A stretch of 64,000 nt of DNA from assembly GCA_904063045.1 (NCBI GenBank), contig CAJFCJ010000028.1, positions 434,001-498,000 of the forward strand. The letters run 5' to 3'. This DNA is from Dimorphilus gyrociliatus. Taxonomy: Eukaryota; Animalia; Annelida. The translations under genes and the position numbers were made by a program. Positions 35,464-48,071 of the stretch are shown here, piece by piece (the first letter of the stretch is position 1; each line of letters opens with the position of its first letter). The notes beneath the pieces were generated by a model. The model was not told where the DNA came from. It worked only from the letters and a program-made list of their open reading frames with translations, and did not search any database.

Positions 35464-37494
35464 TCATAGAGGACGAACATGAACAGTATCATTTGTATCG
35501 ACAGCAAAATAATCAATCTCTTGATTATCCTTATCAAGTTCGTGTATGCTTTCAGGTTGTTGATCGCTCGAATACGATAAGTGTATCCTTTTTCTAATTC
35601 GAAAAGCTTTTCCCGCCAACTGCTTCAGTTTGGAAACCGTCATTTTTCCTACAAAGACAAGGTTTAACTTATGAAGTGTTTATCAGTATTTTAGGATTAT
35701 ATACTTGGTATTTTTTTCTTACAACTTCCAACTTCTATCCAATCACCATTCGACTTCTGTTCATATCTCAGCTTAATTTCTAGATAGATAGAAAATATGA
35801 GCCTTTCAATATGATTAAAAAGATTGAATCGAACTTTTCCCACCTATTAGTTGTGTTTCTAAAGCAGTAGAAATTTGCGTTAACTCGCTATCTTCCGGAG
35901 CATCATAAGCTTTAAAAAAAGCCAAGTATAAATATATTACTTCCTCTAGATAGAAAAAGATTACTAACTATCAATTAATTCTTGATATCTTGGATGTTCT
36001 GTTGTAAATTCTTTGCTAGGATTGTTTTTAGATGGATCCTGATGTCCTCCACTGGCTCTCCATTCTTTACCGTAGATTTTAAGATAATCTAGTTCAGAGC
36101 CACGTCTCTCCACTTTTGTAACAGGTGTTCGGTTAAGGTCAATTAAATTTTTTAATTTAGCAACAATAATTTGCCTATTAAAGAAGGAAATAATTAACAG
36201 ATATTATGTTATAGTTTAATATGTAATAGTAAAAGAATACCTGGCAGTTTTTTCAACTTCTTCCGTTAGAAGAGGATTTTTTGAAAACTTTAATTTTTGT
36301 AATGAAGGTAACCTTCTAAGCTCAGTGATACTAAACCAATCAGCTATTTGATTTTTATCTAAATATAAATCGTATAGCTTTGAAAATCCATTAAAATTTT
36401 CAGGGAATTTTACTTCTTTTACTCCCGTATCGTTTAAGACTAAAACTGTTAAACTGTAGATAAAATTTAAAAGAGAATATATTAATTTTTATACAATATA
36501 TCTAGATTTCTTTGAATTTTTTATTACTAACTTTGGTAATTCGGAAAGAGTTAAAACTTGATTGAAATCTGCAAGTGAATTCCCTTCTAAATTTAAATAT
36601 TTTATGTTTGTTATCGTTGAAACATCATCAATCTCTGTGATATTGTTGAAACAAACAAATAACTCTTCCAAGTTTCTGCAAATTTGACCTAATTTTTTAA
36701 CTTCATTCCAAGTGTAGTAGTTAATTTCAGGAAGTTGTCGAAAATACATTCTATTCGTAACAAGTACTTTAACTTTTTCGAAAAATTCACTTAACATTTG
36801 AGGATTCGGTGGAAGGTCTAAAAGATTTGATGAGACTGATATTTCATTGATACTTGGCATAAACTCCAAGAATTTTGAGACCTTATTAGTAAATAATTAA
36901 GTTTTGGGATTAAAAACGATTAAGGTAGTATTTACCTCTTCCCAAGATTTTAGAAGACACCTTCCAAAATCGAATACTCTTAACTTTTTCAGAATTGGAC
37001 TATTTTTTTCAACGCTATTCAAATAAAAACCTTCCAGAGACATTTGGACAAGATTTTCCAAGTGACTCATAGTTTGGTTAACCTTTTCAGCTCCAACCAT
37101 CTCAACTGCAGTTTCTCTTCCCCTAGATCCTCTTACTGATAGATCTTTATCAACTCCCCCATTTTCCACAATACCGTATCGCTCATTTAGTGCCGTCATT
37201 AAACTATTGCCAGTGTGAGCCAGCCTTGGTCTTACAAACGATCCAGCATTTGGAATATGAGTTTTAAAATAAAACTTGCCATCCTTTTCACCCGAATGTT
37301 TACCTCTCTTTGGATTGTCCCACTCAACGCCCAACCAATTGCCTATCGAGGGCATAAGAGTTAAAAACTCAATATTACTTTTATTGTATTATTTTACCCT
37401 TAGTTCCTTCAACTATGCCAAAAAAGCGAACAGTACATACTTCTTCATCTACTACTAGACGATCTCCAATGTTAAATAGCATATTTTCAGTCAT
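35464..37494 (-). CDS. TBCE: Tubulin-specific chaperone E (CAP-Gly, LRR and ubiquitin-like domains)
   Basis: GDRLVV...TVRFFG, WLGVEWDNPKRGKHSG (CAP-Gly), leucine-rich repeats and a C-terminal UBL (KKKIP...MTVSKLKQL). Confidence 0.93.
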
Positions 37495-37883
37495 TTTACG
37501 ATTGCCTGTTTAGATTACAAAATGTTATAAAGAATTTCGTAGTTTTGTTTAATTTCGCTCTGGTGAAAACTGATAAAAGATACGATTTGAGGTTCCATGC
37601 TGTATTTGACAACTGAAATTGCTCAATATGCCGGGGAGCCTTACTTTTTCGGCATTCAAATATTTTATTTTACTAAAAAAGTTACTTTTACAGTATTTAA
37701 ACTACTATTCATTTGCAAAAACAATTTAATACTATCAAAGTGAGTAATAATATCACAGTAAATAAAATGCTAAAAATAAACATTTCATAAGAGGAAAGAC
37801 AATGCAAGAAAACTGTGTAGAAAATGTGAGTAAAATACGAATTGTCTTTGTATTTCACGTAAAATTGTGTTGGCGTAAGATAA

Positions 37884-39485
37884 TTAAACATGTTTATCCT
37901 TAATTTCCTTTAGCACTTGTAAAATTTTGTCTTTGATTATCCATCTTTCATTAGGCTTTGTTGGATTAGCGCAATCTTCAAGTAATCCTTTGATTTTATA
38001 CTCTTGCTCAATATTCGAGGGTAGATCGTGTAAGAAACCACGTGGTTTGAGGTGATGATTTGCATAAGAGGACAAGAGATTTCTACAAATAACATAATAA
38101 TTTAAATCCGCTTCTTTTTGCGTACATAAAGATTCAGTTGAATATTCAACACAATCTCCATATCCAGATTTACATTCAGTGAATTTTAGACTATACTTTG
38201 TATCAAAATCACCTGCCTTCTTTTCTAATAATAAGGAATTAAGATATAAATTAATGTTAACTGAACTATGAAACTAATTATTTACCTCTCTCAATCTTTG
38301 CTGTATCAATTATAATGATATCTTCAAGATCAACAATAACAACCTTTCCTTTGTTATTAATAAATATATTCTCGTAGGAACAATCTGTCCAGTAGAATTT
38401 GAAATTCTCACTTGATCCTTTGGTAAATTTATCAGCAATTTTCATTAATTGCCATGCTATATCAATCTAAAATGAAGAAGTTATAGAAATAATATATTTA
38501 TTTATATAAGTCAGCATACTCTTTTAATCCAATGTGCATTGTAGTAGTCTGCTAAACGGGTACCAGCGTTTTCTGTTACTAAATATCTTCCGCAGGCACC
38601 GTATGCTTTTGGAAAGGGATATCCTTTGGTATACGGGAACGCCTAGAATTAGTATGAAATGGTAGTTTTAGTGAAAATATGGAATATGATACAAGAAAGA
38701 AATTTTTATTCACACCTTGATAATTAAAGGTTCTGGATTAACTGAAAAGGTATAAATAAACCTTTTCCTTGCATCCTTATAGACTCTAAAGTCTGTTAAA
38801 TCGTCATCGTAATGTTGTTGCAGATAGTCCAATAACCTTTGAGACATGCATGGCATGCTTCGTGTAAAATAGTTTTCTGTTTATAAAATGTACAGTCAAG
38901 TAAATAGACAAAATTATTTTGAATGAACCTAAAGAATAAGTTGTTAGTTGAGGCTCATTGTAAGGTTTAGAACGGGATAAAGCTAAATCCAGATCACAGT
39001 TATATCTTAATCCTGATAATGTGCATATTTTTGTATCAATGTCTCTAAATTCCGAATTATGAGCTAGTTTTTTCAGAACTACTGGAATGCTATTATTTGC
39101 AACAGCGTAAAAAACGTTCTGAATGTTGACATGGTCAAATACCCGAACTCCAGACACTCCCTTAAAATTTAGAAATGGTCGTAATTGTTAGAGAATCATT
39201 AGTATTTGAAATGAAAGTTATTACCTTTAGAACAAAATCACCTCTTAAGAATGATCGACAAAGCTTTTTTCCATAACATGCATTACATTTGTCCATACCA
39301 AGAAAAGTAGGATTGGTTAGATCATTGGAAAAATACCACAACATCACTGATGCATAGATAAGGGCTGATGTACCTAAGCTTAAAGTAAAAGCAAACTGAA
39401 GAGGTCTAGGTAGATTTTTAAATCTTCGAAAGAGTTGATGGAAGATAATTTGCTGATTAGCCAAGTAGCTTTTTCTTTTTCTCAT
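37884..39485 (-). CDS. DIPK2A: Divergent protein kinase domain 2A (DIA1/C3orf58)
   Basis: DKCNACYGKKLC, VVLKKLA, CMSQRLLDY, NPEPLII, PFPKAYGACGR, IDIAWQLMKIADKF, GFLHDLPS and LLEDCANP. Confidence 0.9.
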
Positions 39486-39973
39486 CTTAAAAATTTATGA
39501 CATATATAAACAGAAAAGTAATTTTAAGAAGTAACTATTAAAATGTGTATCTCTTTGAAATCCAAAAGCATTAAGATAAGGACTAAGACAAGAAATTTCC
39601 CTTATTCTGTAATAAAATGTTCTTACACTTTTATAATAGTTACACTCTCAATGGGAAGGGCAATTGTAGAATGTAACAGAGCGGTAACTATAAAATAAAA
39701 AGAAACTGGTAGTATTTATAATGTTTTGTTTTTTTTTACAAAATATTCCTGAATACCTCTTTTTCGAGTATTTTCGAGTGAATCTTTTATTTTGTTACCG
39801 ATTTTAACTATATTTCTCCCTTTAATCGATAACACATACATTTAATGCACCAATTTGAATTGATCGTATCTTCATCTTATATAAAACTAGGAACATCAGC
39901 ATCACTTGGCTAAATTGACTTTTAAAACATATATCTTTACTATTTTGTTACTTTTCAAAGAAGGAGTATTAAT

Positions 39974-41371
39974 ATGGCATCTAGGGAATTATTAGAAGCT
40001 GAAGAATCTGGTGGCTTCTTAAATAAGCTTAACTTTAAGGTATTTTTATAAATTACTTCTAAAAATGACAAAAACACTTTACACGCTTTTATACTTACGC
40101 AGTCGGATAACAATGAAAGCAATCAACCTTTCAGTAAACCAAATTATCCTTTTGTGATTATAGTCCCCGAAGCTGGTAAGTTAAATGTCTTTGTTAATAT
40201 TTTCAAGATTTAATTTATTCCTAAAAACATTTAGGTTTTTGCGTAAAGATGAAGAACGAAAAAGGAGACAAAGTTTTTGTTAACATATGCCATTCTTCAA
40301 AAGTTTGTATTCGATGAACGAAATATATTGAAAATTATATAAATTACTTAAAATAACTATTAGGTACCATGTGCTCAAGATATGACTGATAGTGAACTTG
40401 TAGAATTACTGGAATCTGACGATCCACGTGGATTTAAAATACCAATGAGTATTGGAGAACCTCATGCTGAAGTTGACAAAAGTAACTATTCATACAATTG
40501 ACTTTGACTGCAAATAAACCTATTATACTTTCGAAAATAGGTGGTAAAGGGTGCACTGCTTATGACGTTGTAATACACCCTGACATGATAACAAGAATAC
40601 AAAAAAGTCAAATGCTCATGGTATTCTTTCTGACTGTTACTCTTGAAGGAATTGAATATAAATATTCTACTACTTTAGATAAAAGTACATATGATAATAA
40701 TTAAGTTATTAAATCTTTATTTGATTATTTATGTACTTAAACTAGATTGGGTCATGTTGAAAAATCGTAAAAGTGTAGGTACGCTACAAGAGCAACATCT
40801 AAGGACGAAATCAAGGCCAGTGGAAGATATAGGTGATGATGCAGTTCCTGGAATAAGTCGAATGGTATCGGAGATAAGTAAAGATAGTGAAACACCAATG
40901 AGGGAGTCAGTTAAAAAGTAAATACCGGCTGTATAACTGTTTATCTTGTATTAATTGATTATGTACATCTTAAAAGGCTTCCTGAACCACCATATACTAT
41001 TGTACAAGAGCCAGCCGAAGGTTATCCTAATTACTTAATTGCGGAGATTCGATTACCAAAAGTTGTTAGTATATTTAAGTTATAAAAGAGAATAAATAAA
41101 ACCAGATTAATTTTCAGAAAACAGCGGCTACATTAGATTTGGAAATCGGAGAAGATAGAATAGTATTAAATACAAGATCGAATGTATACGGATTAGATAT
41201 ATTTTTACCCTACAATTTAATACAGGAAGATTGCGGTGCTCAATTTGACCGTGACACGAAGGTATGATTTCAAAATGCAAATAATTTATTGAAGTAATAA
41301 CAAATTAATTTATTCATTTTATAAAGATCCTTTCTCTAACGATGCCTGTTCAACCGGAAGTTTCGAAATAG
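39974..41371 (+). CDS. PIH1D1: PIH1 domain-containing protein 1 (R2TP complex)
   Basis: GFCVKM...KVFVNICHS, FKIPMSIGEPHAEVDK, GKGCTAYDVV, EGIEYKY, LIAEIRLPKV and LEIGEDRIVL. Confidence 0.9.
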
Positions 41372-41626
41372 ATCAACTACTTATTTTGAGTGCTTACTGA
41401 ATGAAAAGTAATCAGGACGCCCTGTATTCTCTAATATAAAATAAGTAAGAAATAAAAGAAAGAGAATGAGAGTTTTAATCAGATTTATTAAGTATTTATT
41501 TTATATATATATTATATTCTTTGTTAAGGAGAAAAGAAGACGAATTTTTATTAGTTTAGGCCTAAGGTTTTTATTTAAATGTTTTTTTTTAAAAAAAAGT
41601 ATTCTATTTGTATAAAATTTGACGAT

Positions 41627-42037
41627 TTAAGGAGTAGCCTCATCTTTTTTCATTTGTCTTTTAAGGAATTGTTTTGTTAGTATCTTTTGAGCCACAGTTT
41701 TCTCTTCTGCGCTGCAGCAACCATCCCGAACGATCCATTTATTGCAACATTCTGTTCTTTTTTGTCCTCTTAAGCACCTTCTTATAAAGAAGTTTGATCT
41801 GCCTATATATAAATTCTCTTTTTCGTAATCAGTTCCATTCCATCCTTCAACAAAAGTTAGGCTTTTTTCAGATCTACAATCAGCTTCGGTATCCCTTTTA
41901 AAGAGGCATTTTGTTTCCTGAACTAATTCATAAACGCAAGTATTCTCAACATGTGCATCAAATACATAATTTGCCAAAAATAGTGCGCAAATTAAAATGA
42001 TGATAGTTGCTACGAGATATTTAATAGAATTATTCAT
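41627..42037 (-). CDS. Intronless 136-aa Cys-rich secreted or signal-anchored protein, EMI-domain-like
   Basis: N-terminal hydrophobic segment followed by 8 Cys, including TECCNKW...GCC, which resembles the CCxGW...C end of EMI domains. The domain call is by pattern only. Confidence 0.65.
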   Translation of the reverse strand: MNNSIKYLVATIIILICALFLANYVFDAHVENTCVYELVQETKCLFKRDTEADCRSEKSLTFVEGWNGTDYEKENLYIGRSNFFIRRCLRGQKRTECCNKWIVRDGCCSAEEKTVAQKILTKQFLKRQMKKDEATP

Positions 42038-42502
42038 TGTTGCTATATCTTATTTTAAGACTTAAATTATTTTTAAAATTAAATTTTGATTGTAAATGAC
42101 GTTTATTATAAACACCATATTTTCTTATTAATTTTTTATGACGCAAATTCATAAAATAAGTGTAAAACACTTCTTTAAGAAAATTTAATCATTTGAGGAT
42201 AAGGCACAAAAAAGCTTAACATGACTTTTAGTCAATTTTAGTTATGCCGAGCGGAAACGGAAATAACAGTCTTCTAGGGTAGTTTCATTTCTTCTACTCA
42301 TTTTATTCTCCGCAGTTCAAGACTGTAAGTCTATGTTCACTTTGAAGAGTTAAAATATTTGTTAATGCACTTTTACTAATCTAATTAGGTATTTTCTGTA
42401 ATTAATTATTAGCTTTTTAAGAGAGTAAACAGAAACCTTGAAAATATTACGACACATTAACAAATATGATTTTTTTTATTTTTACTTCAGAATCGTATAG
42501 TC

Positions 42503-45500
42503 ATGTCTGGTGAAAATCAACTAGGGATAAGTGAGGATTTCAGAATTGCTGTGCAAGCTGCGCTTGAACGCTTTCGTTTAAATGAAGACGAAAAAAGTTA
42601 GATTATTATTATTATTATTGTTGTTGTTATTTTTATTGATTATATATACATTGTAAATATCTATTCAAAGACTATGAATTTCCTTCCGCACTTTCCAAAC
42701 TCGAAAGAAAGTTTGTGCATGAATTATGTAAGGAATACGGTTTAAAGTCAAAAAGCCATGGGTAAGTTGTTTTTTTGAGTACTGTAAATGAAGCATTCTA
42801 TAATATTGATATTTTTACTTCATTGAAAATTCTTAGAAAAGGAGCAAATCGTTCACTTACAATGTCTAAAAAGGAATTGGTTAATCGTGGACATGATTTG
42901 CCACCAATTAAGTTGAAAGCAAAAACTCAACAATATATAAATAACTTATTGTCTCATCAACCGTTAATGGATAGAGAAAGAAATGATTTAGTTCCAAGAA
43001 CAGAGAGAGGAAGTCTGGCAGACGGTTTGTAGTAGCATTTTGTTTTTAATCCTACATTTTGGTTTAAGAGAATCGTTTCTATCGTTACAGTTTCAGTTAA
43101 AGAAAGTCGTAAATTATTATTTAAGCAACCTAACATTCAAGGGCAGATTCCACCTGAAGCAAATACAGCACCGTTTGAATACTTTAAACAGTCTTTACCA
43201 ATCTATCACATGAAAGAGCATGTATTGAAATCAATTGAAGATAATCGAGTAGTACTTGTCTTAGGAGACACTGGGTCTGGCAAATCTACTCAAGTTCCAC
43301 AAATGCTTTTGGAGGAATTTACTGCCAAAAAGAAAAAATGTAATATATATGTTACACAACCAAGACGTTTATCTGCAGTCGCCTTAGCTGAAAGAATTTC
43401 AACAGAGAGAAGCGAAACTTGCGGAAAATCTGTTGGTTATCAAATCCGATTAGAACAAAAGTTTGTTTAAATTGCATAAGCTTTTCACCGAATTAAAAAA
43501 GTTTATTATTTCAATCAAAATAGACTAAGTAGAGACACTATCCTAACTTTTTGTACCACTGGCATTTTACTTCGAACATTGATGAGTGGAGATGATATTA
43601 GTCATGTAACTCATATTATTGTGGTAAATATCTATATAATAGTATAAATCTGTTACTCTTTATCTGAATTTAATTGATATCTCCTGAAATAGGATGAAGT
43701 CCATGAGAGAGATAAATTTACTGATTTTCTGTTAATTGCTCTTCGTGATTTACTTTTCAAACAATCTCACCTGAAATTAATATTAATGAGTGCAACCCTG
43801 AACTTACCTCTATTTACCGAATACTTTGGAAATTGTCCGGTTATAAGTGGTGTGTATAGAGTTTATTATCCTTTTCATTTTTAAAGTAAAATTTATAAAC
43901 ACGCTTTTTATTAAATAATGACATTAGTTCCGGGAAGGATGTTTGATGTAAAAGAGTACTTTCTGGAGGATGTTCTAAATTGGACATCCTATTCGAATGA
44001 TTTAATGAAAATGGCCGAAGTTCGATTGAGTAAACAAAAGGAGAGTCGAGACGCTTTAGCCCAATGGTGCGAAGATCTTTTGCCGCAATCTGAACCAAAA
44101 ACAGTTTCTGAGGATTCAGAGACTACTGCAAAAATGGATGAATTAATTGAAAATGCTTTCCAGCACGGAAAACGAGATGCTATTGATGATATTATATCAT
44201 TGGTAACTGATGAGAAAGTCTCTGTTGATTATCAGCATAGTCTTACTACTGTGAGCGGGCTAATGACTGCAGCGGCAAGAGGTTGGATGAACTGTGTCGA
44301 GCAATTTCTTCGATTAGGCGCTGATGTTCACCTCCAGACAGTAAATGGGTGGAAAGCTTTAGATTTCGCTCATCATTATCGTTCTGTTGAAATAGCAGAA
44401 TGGTTAAGTGCTTTTGAGTTAGTTTCAATTTTGCATCTTAATGTTTAAATCTAATTTCAATAATAAAACTAATGCATAAGTAGAATCGCTGAAATGGGAG
44501 ATGATGACCAATCCGATTTGGATACTGCTACTATGGATGAAGTACATGCAAAATTATTAAAAGTCTACCACTATTCATTTAATGATGATAAAGTAGATGT
44601 AGACCTTATCCTCTCATTGACGTCCAAAATTCATAGTGAGAAACCAACTGGAGCTATTTTGATTTTTCTACCCGGATACGATGATATCTTAAGCTTGAAA
44701 GATAAAATCGAAGGTTCCGATACCTTTCCACCTTCTAATACGTTTGTAGAAATATATAATAAAGTATTTATTTTGTGTGTTTAACCAGTAAATTCTTTTC
44801 TTTGTAGTTATAAAATATTTCTTTTACATTCTTCGATATCAACGAACGATCAAAATAGAGTTTTTGATACAATGCCTGATGGTATACGAAAAATTGTTGG
44901 TTTTACATTATTCTAATATTTCTTAAGTAATAATTTTAAATATATACTTTTACTTTATCAGATTCTATCAACGAATATTGCTGAAACAAGTATCACAATT
45001 AGTGATGTTTCATATGTTATAGATAGTGGCAAAGTGAAGGAGGTAAACTATCTTCTATAACAATTATTAATAAGAAATTTTAAACATTATATCATATGTT
45101 ATTTACTTCTTACTCTATATAGCAACTGTTCGATGCTGTTTCAAATACTAATTGCTTAAGGACGAATTGGATTTCTCAGACAAGTGCAGTTCAAAGAAAA
45201 GGAAGGTATATCGGATTATGTTAAAAAATTTTTCAATTAATTTTATACTATTAATCTGCAATTAAAGAGCTGGTCGTGTTAAACCTGGAGAATGCTATCG
45301 ATTATTCTCAAGATCTCGCTTTTCAAATATGCAAAAGTATCAAACAGCCGAAATTCTTCGTTGTCCTTTGGAGGAGCTATGCTTACACACAAAATTACTT
45401 GCACCGATTACAAGCTCGATTGCCGATTTCTTGTCAAAGGCTGTTGAACCACCTCCACAATTGGTAATAAAAAATGCAGTAAATATATTGAAGCAAATGG

Positions 45501-47685
45501 ATGCTCTCGACAAATTTGAAGATTTAACAGACCTTGGCTGTCATTTAGCAGAATTACCTGTACCACCCCACTGTGGTAAAATGGTTTTAATGTCGACTAT
45601 TCTAAAATGTTTGGATCCAATACTCACAATTGCTTCATTTTTGTCTTACAAGGAACCTTGTTAGTAGCGTGTTAATTTTATGTATTGATTACTTTTTATT
45701 CAAATATCTATGCAATTAGTTGTTCTACCAACGAGCGGTGAAGGAAAAAGAAAATTATCTAGTATAAAGGAAAAATTTGCCAAAGACTCTTTTAGTGATC
45801 ACATTGCTTATCTTGAATTTTATCAGGTAGAATATTTCACTTTATATTTACCGCTCAATTCTGAGAATAAGCTTCATTCATTCACTAAAGGGTTATATGA
45901 ATGCAAAAGAAAATCGTCAAGAGAGAATATTTTGTTACCAAAACTGCTTCTCCTACGCTGTTATGCAAATCGTAGAAGGAACAAGAGATCACTTAAAACG
46001 TCATCTAACCGCAATTGGATTTTTAGGACCTGAGGCCGATATGAATGAGATGAATGTAAATTCTGATAAATGGCCCGTTGTAAGAGCAGTATTGGTGTCT
46101 GCACTCTTCCCGAAATTAGCTGTTGTTGATAGAACTAATGGAACAATTTCAACACGGTATGTTTGATAAAGTTTTATTTTAAGTCGATAACATTAGAAAT
46201 TTTTGCTTATGAAAAGGTTGGAGAAGCGAGTGAGGTGTCATCCCTCTTCTGTTTTGAACTCTGCATCTCAAGTAAATTCCAGATCACACAAAGATATTGT
46301 TAAAAGTCTACCCTACAACTGGTTAATTTTTGATGAAATGACAAGATTTAATACTTTGGCTTTGATAAAAGGCTGTTCGGTAGTTACTTCATTTTCTGTT
46401 GCTATTATGGCTGGACCAAGTCGTCTTTTGCCTCATCAATATCACTTTGAGGCTGATCCTGAGCAAGAGTCGGATGACGAGGAGGAATGTTCTAATGATG
46501 AAGAAAAGAGAAATAATTGGAAACCTCTGAGTAACTTTAGGTTTTCAATTGATGACTGGTTAAATTTGTATTTGGACAATGGGGTAAGAATATTAAGCTA
46601 AGAAATATTTGTTATGAAACATACTCTTTACAGAATGCGTCCTTAATTGTTAACGTGAGACAAAAACTACATGCATTAATTGTAAGAAAACTTAAAACCT
46701 GTGGAAAATCTTCTCTCCATGGAGATGATGTAAGCATCAGCTATCTGTCTAATAATAACTCGTTTAATTAATATTTTGTAATACAAAAATAGATCGTTGT
46801 TCAAACAATTGTTCAAGCACTTTGCTCAGAAGATCAAGCTGCCTTGAATATGTCAAATTTTCAATCAAGAATGAAGTTATTACCACCTGGTAGAAAATCA
46901 AACTTTAGATCAGATAGAAATGAAAGCTCATCTAGTTCGGAAGAGAGAAACAGTTCCACACCAGGAATAGGGGGCAGCTCTAGTAGAAGCTCAATTTCAA
47001 GTAGTCCTTGCTTAACGCCTGATATGGCCACCATCGGACAATCCGTTAGATATTTTGTTTTAAAGCCTGCAGATGGACAAGTGATTGATGCTTCAATAGT
47101 TACGGGATTTTGGTCTGCATCCCATGGCACTAAAAGGGTTTTAGATAATGCCTATAAAGTGAGATAATTTTATATTATACAATTGTGGCTTTAGTAATAA
47201 TATACTTAATATCACTCAATTTAGAGCACTGGCTCGGTGATTCTCTTTATTTCTGTTCAAGGAAGTGGACACTTTCAAGGTTACGCCAGAATGATTTCGA
47301 TATCCCATAATGATCAAGGAAAAACGAAATTTGGAATTGAGTGGTTGAAAAGGTAAATGTTTGGCGTAAACTATACTTTATAGAGTCACTTTATATATTT
47401 TTACTGATTCTTCTAACAGACGAGAAGTTCATTTCCACGAAGTAAACCATTTGAATAACCCATGGAACGATAATAAGAATGTAAAAATAAGCAGAGATGG
47501 TCAAGTAAGTAGTTTGTTAAATTTGTGACTTTTTTTCTACATAACTCCCTAAATATACTACACTGTCAATATAGGAAATTGAGCCCATGATTGCTAATGA
47601 GCTAATAGAAGTAATTGAAAGAGGAAATGAGAAGTCAAGATATGCTAAAGGACGAAATACAAGGAGGGGAAAGAAATTACACTAA
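42503..47685 (+). CDS. YTHDC2: 3'-5' RNA helicase YTHDC2 (R3H, DExH, ankyrin insert, HA2, OB-fold, YTH)
   Basis: R3H (ERKFVHELC...GLKSKSHG), [26 protein letters not shown], ankyrin insert, [28 protein letters not shown] and a C-terminal YTH ([29 protein letters not shown]). Confidence 0.95.
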
Positions 47686-48071
47686 TCAATTTGAAGGAAA
47701 AATTAGAAAGCTGACAAAAATAATAAACAAACACATAAACAAAATTCATTATTAATAGTATATTTTCATTATTCGCAAGGTTTACAAAAAGTTATCATAT
47801 CTTTCATATTTTTATGTAAAAAAAATGATGACAGTTTTGGGATAAATTTATTTTGTTCAAAACGTGAGTGCCATCCATAGAAAAAAAACACTTGTGCATT
47901 AAAGATTTTTGAAATGAGAAATTATCTATTCTTTCTATTTGTAGAGATTTCATTCTTTTGTTTAGGTTATTATATTAGTATTAATTTGAAAACAAAAATA
48001 TATATTAATATATCAAAGTCATTAAGAATAAAGTTAATTTATTATGAACGCTTCTTAATTATTGTTGTCTT

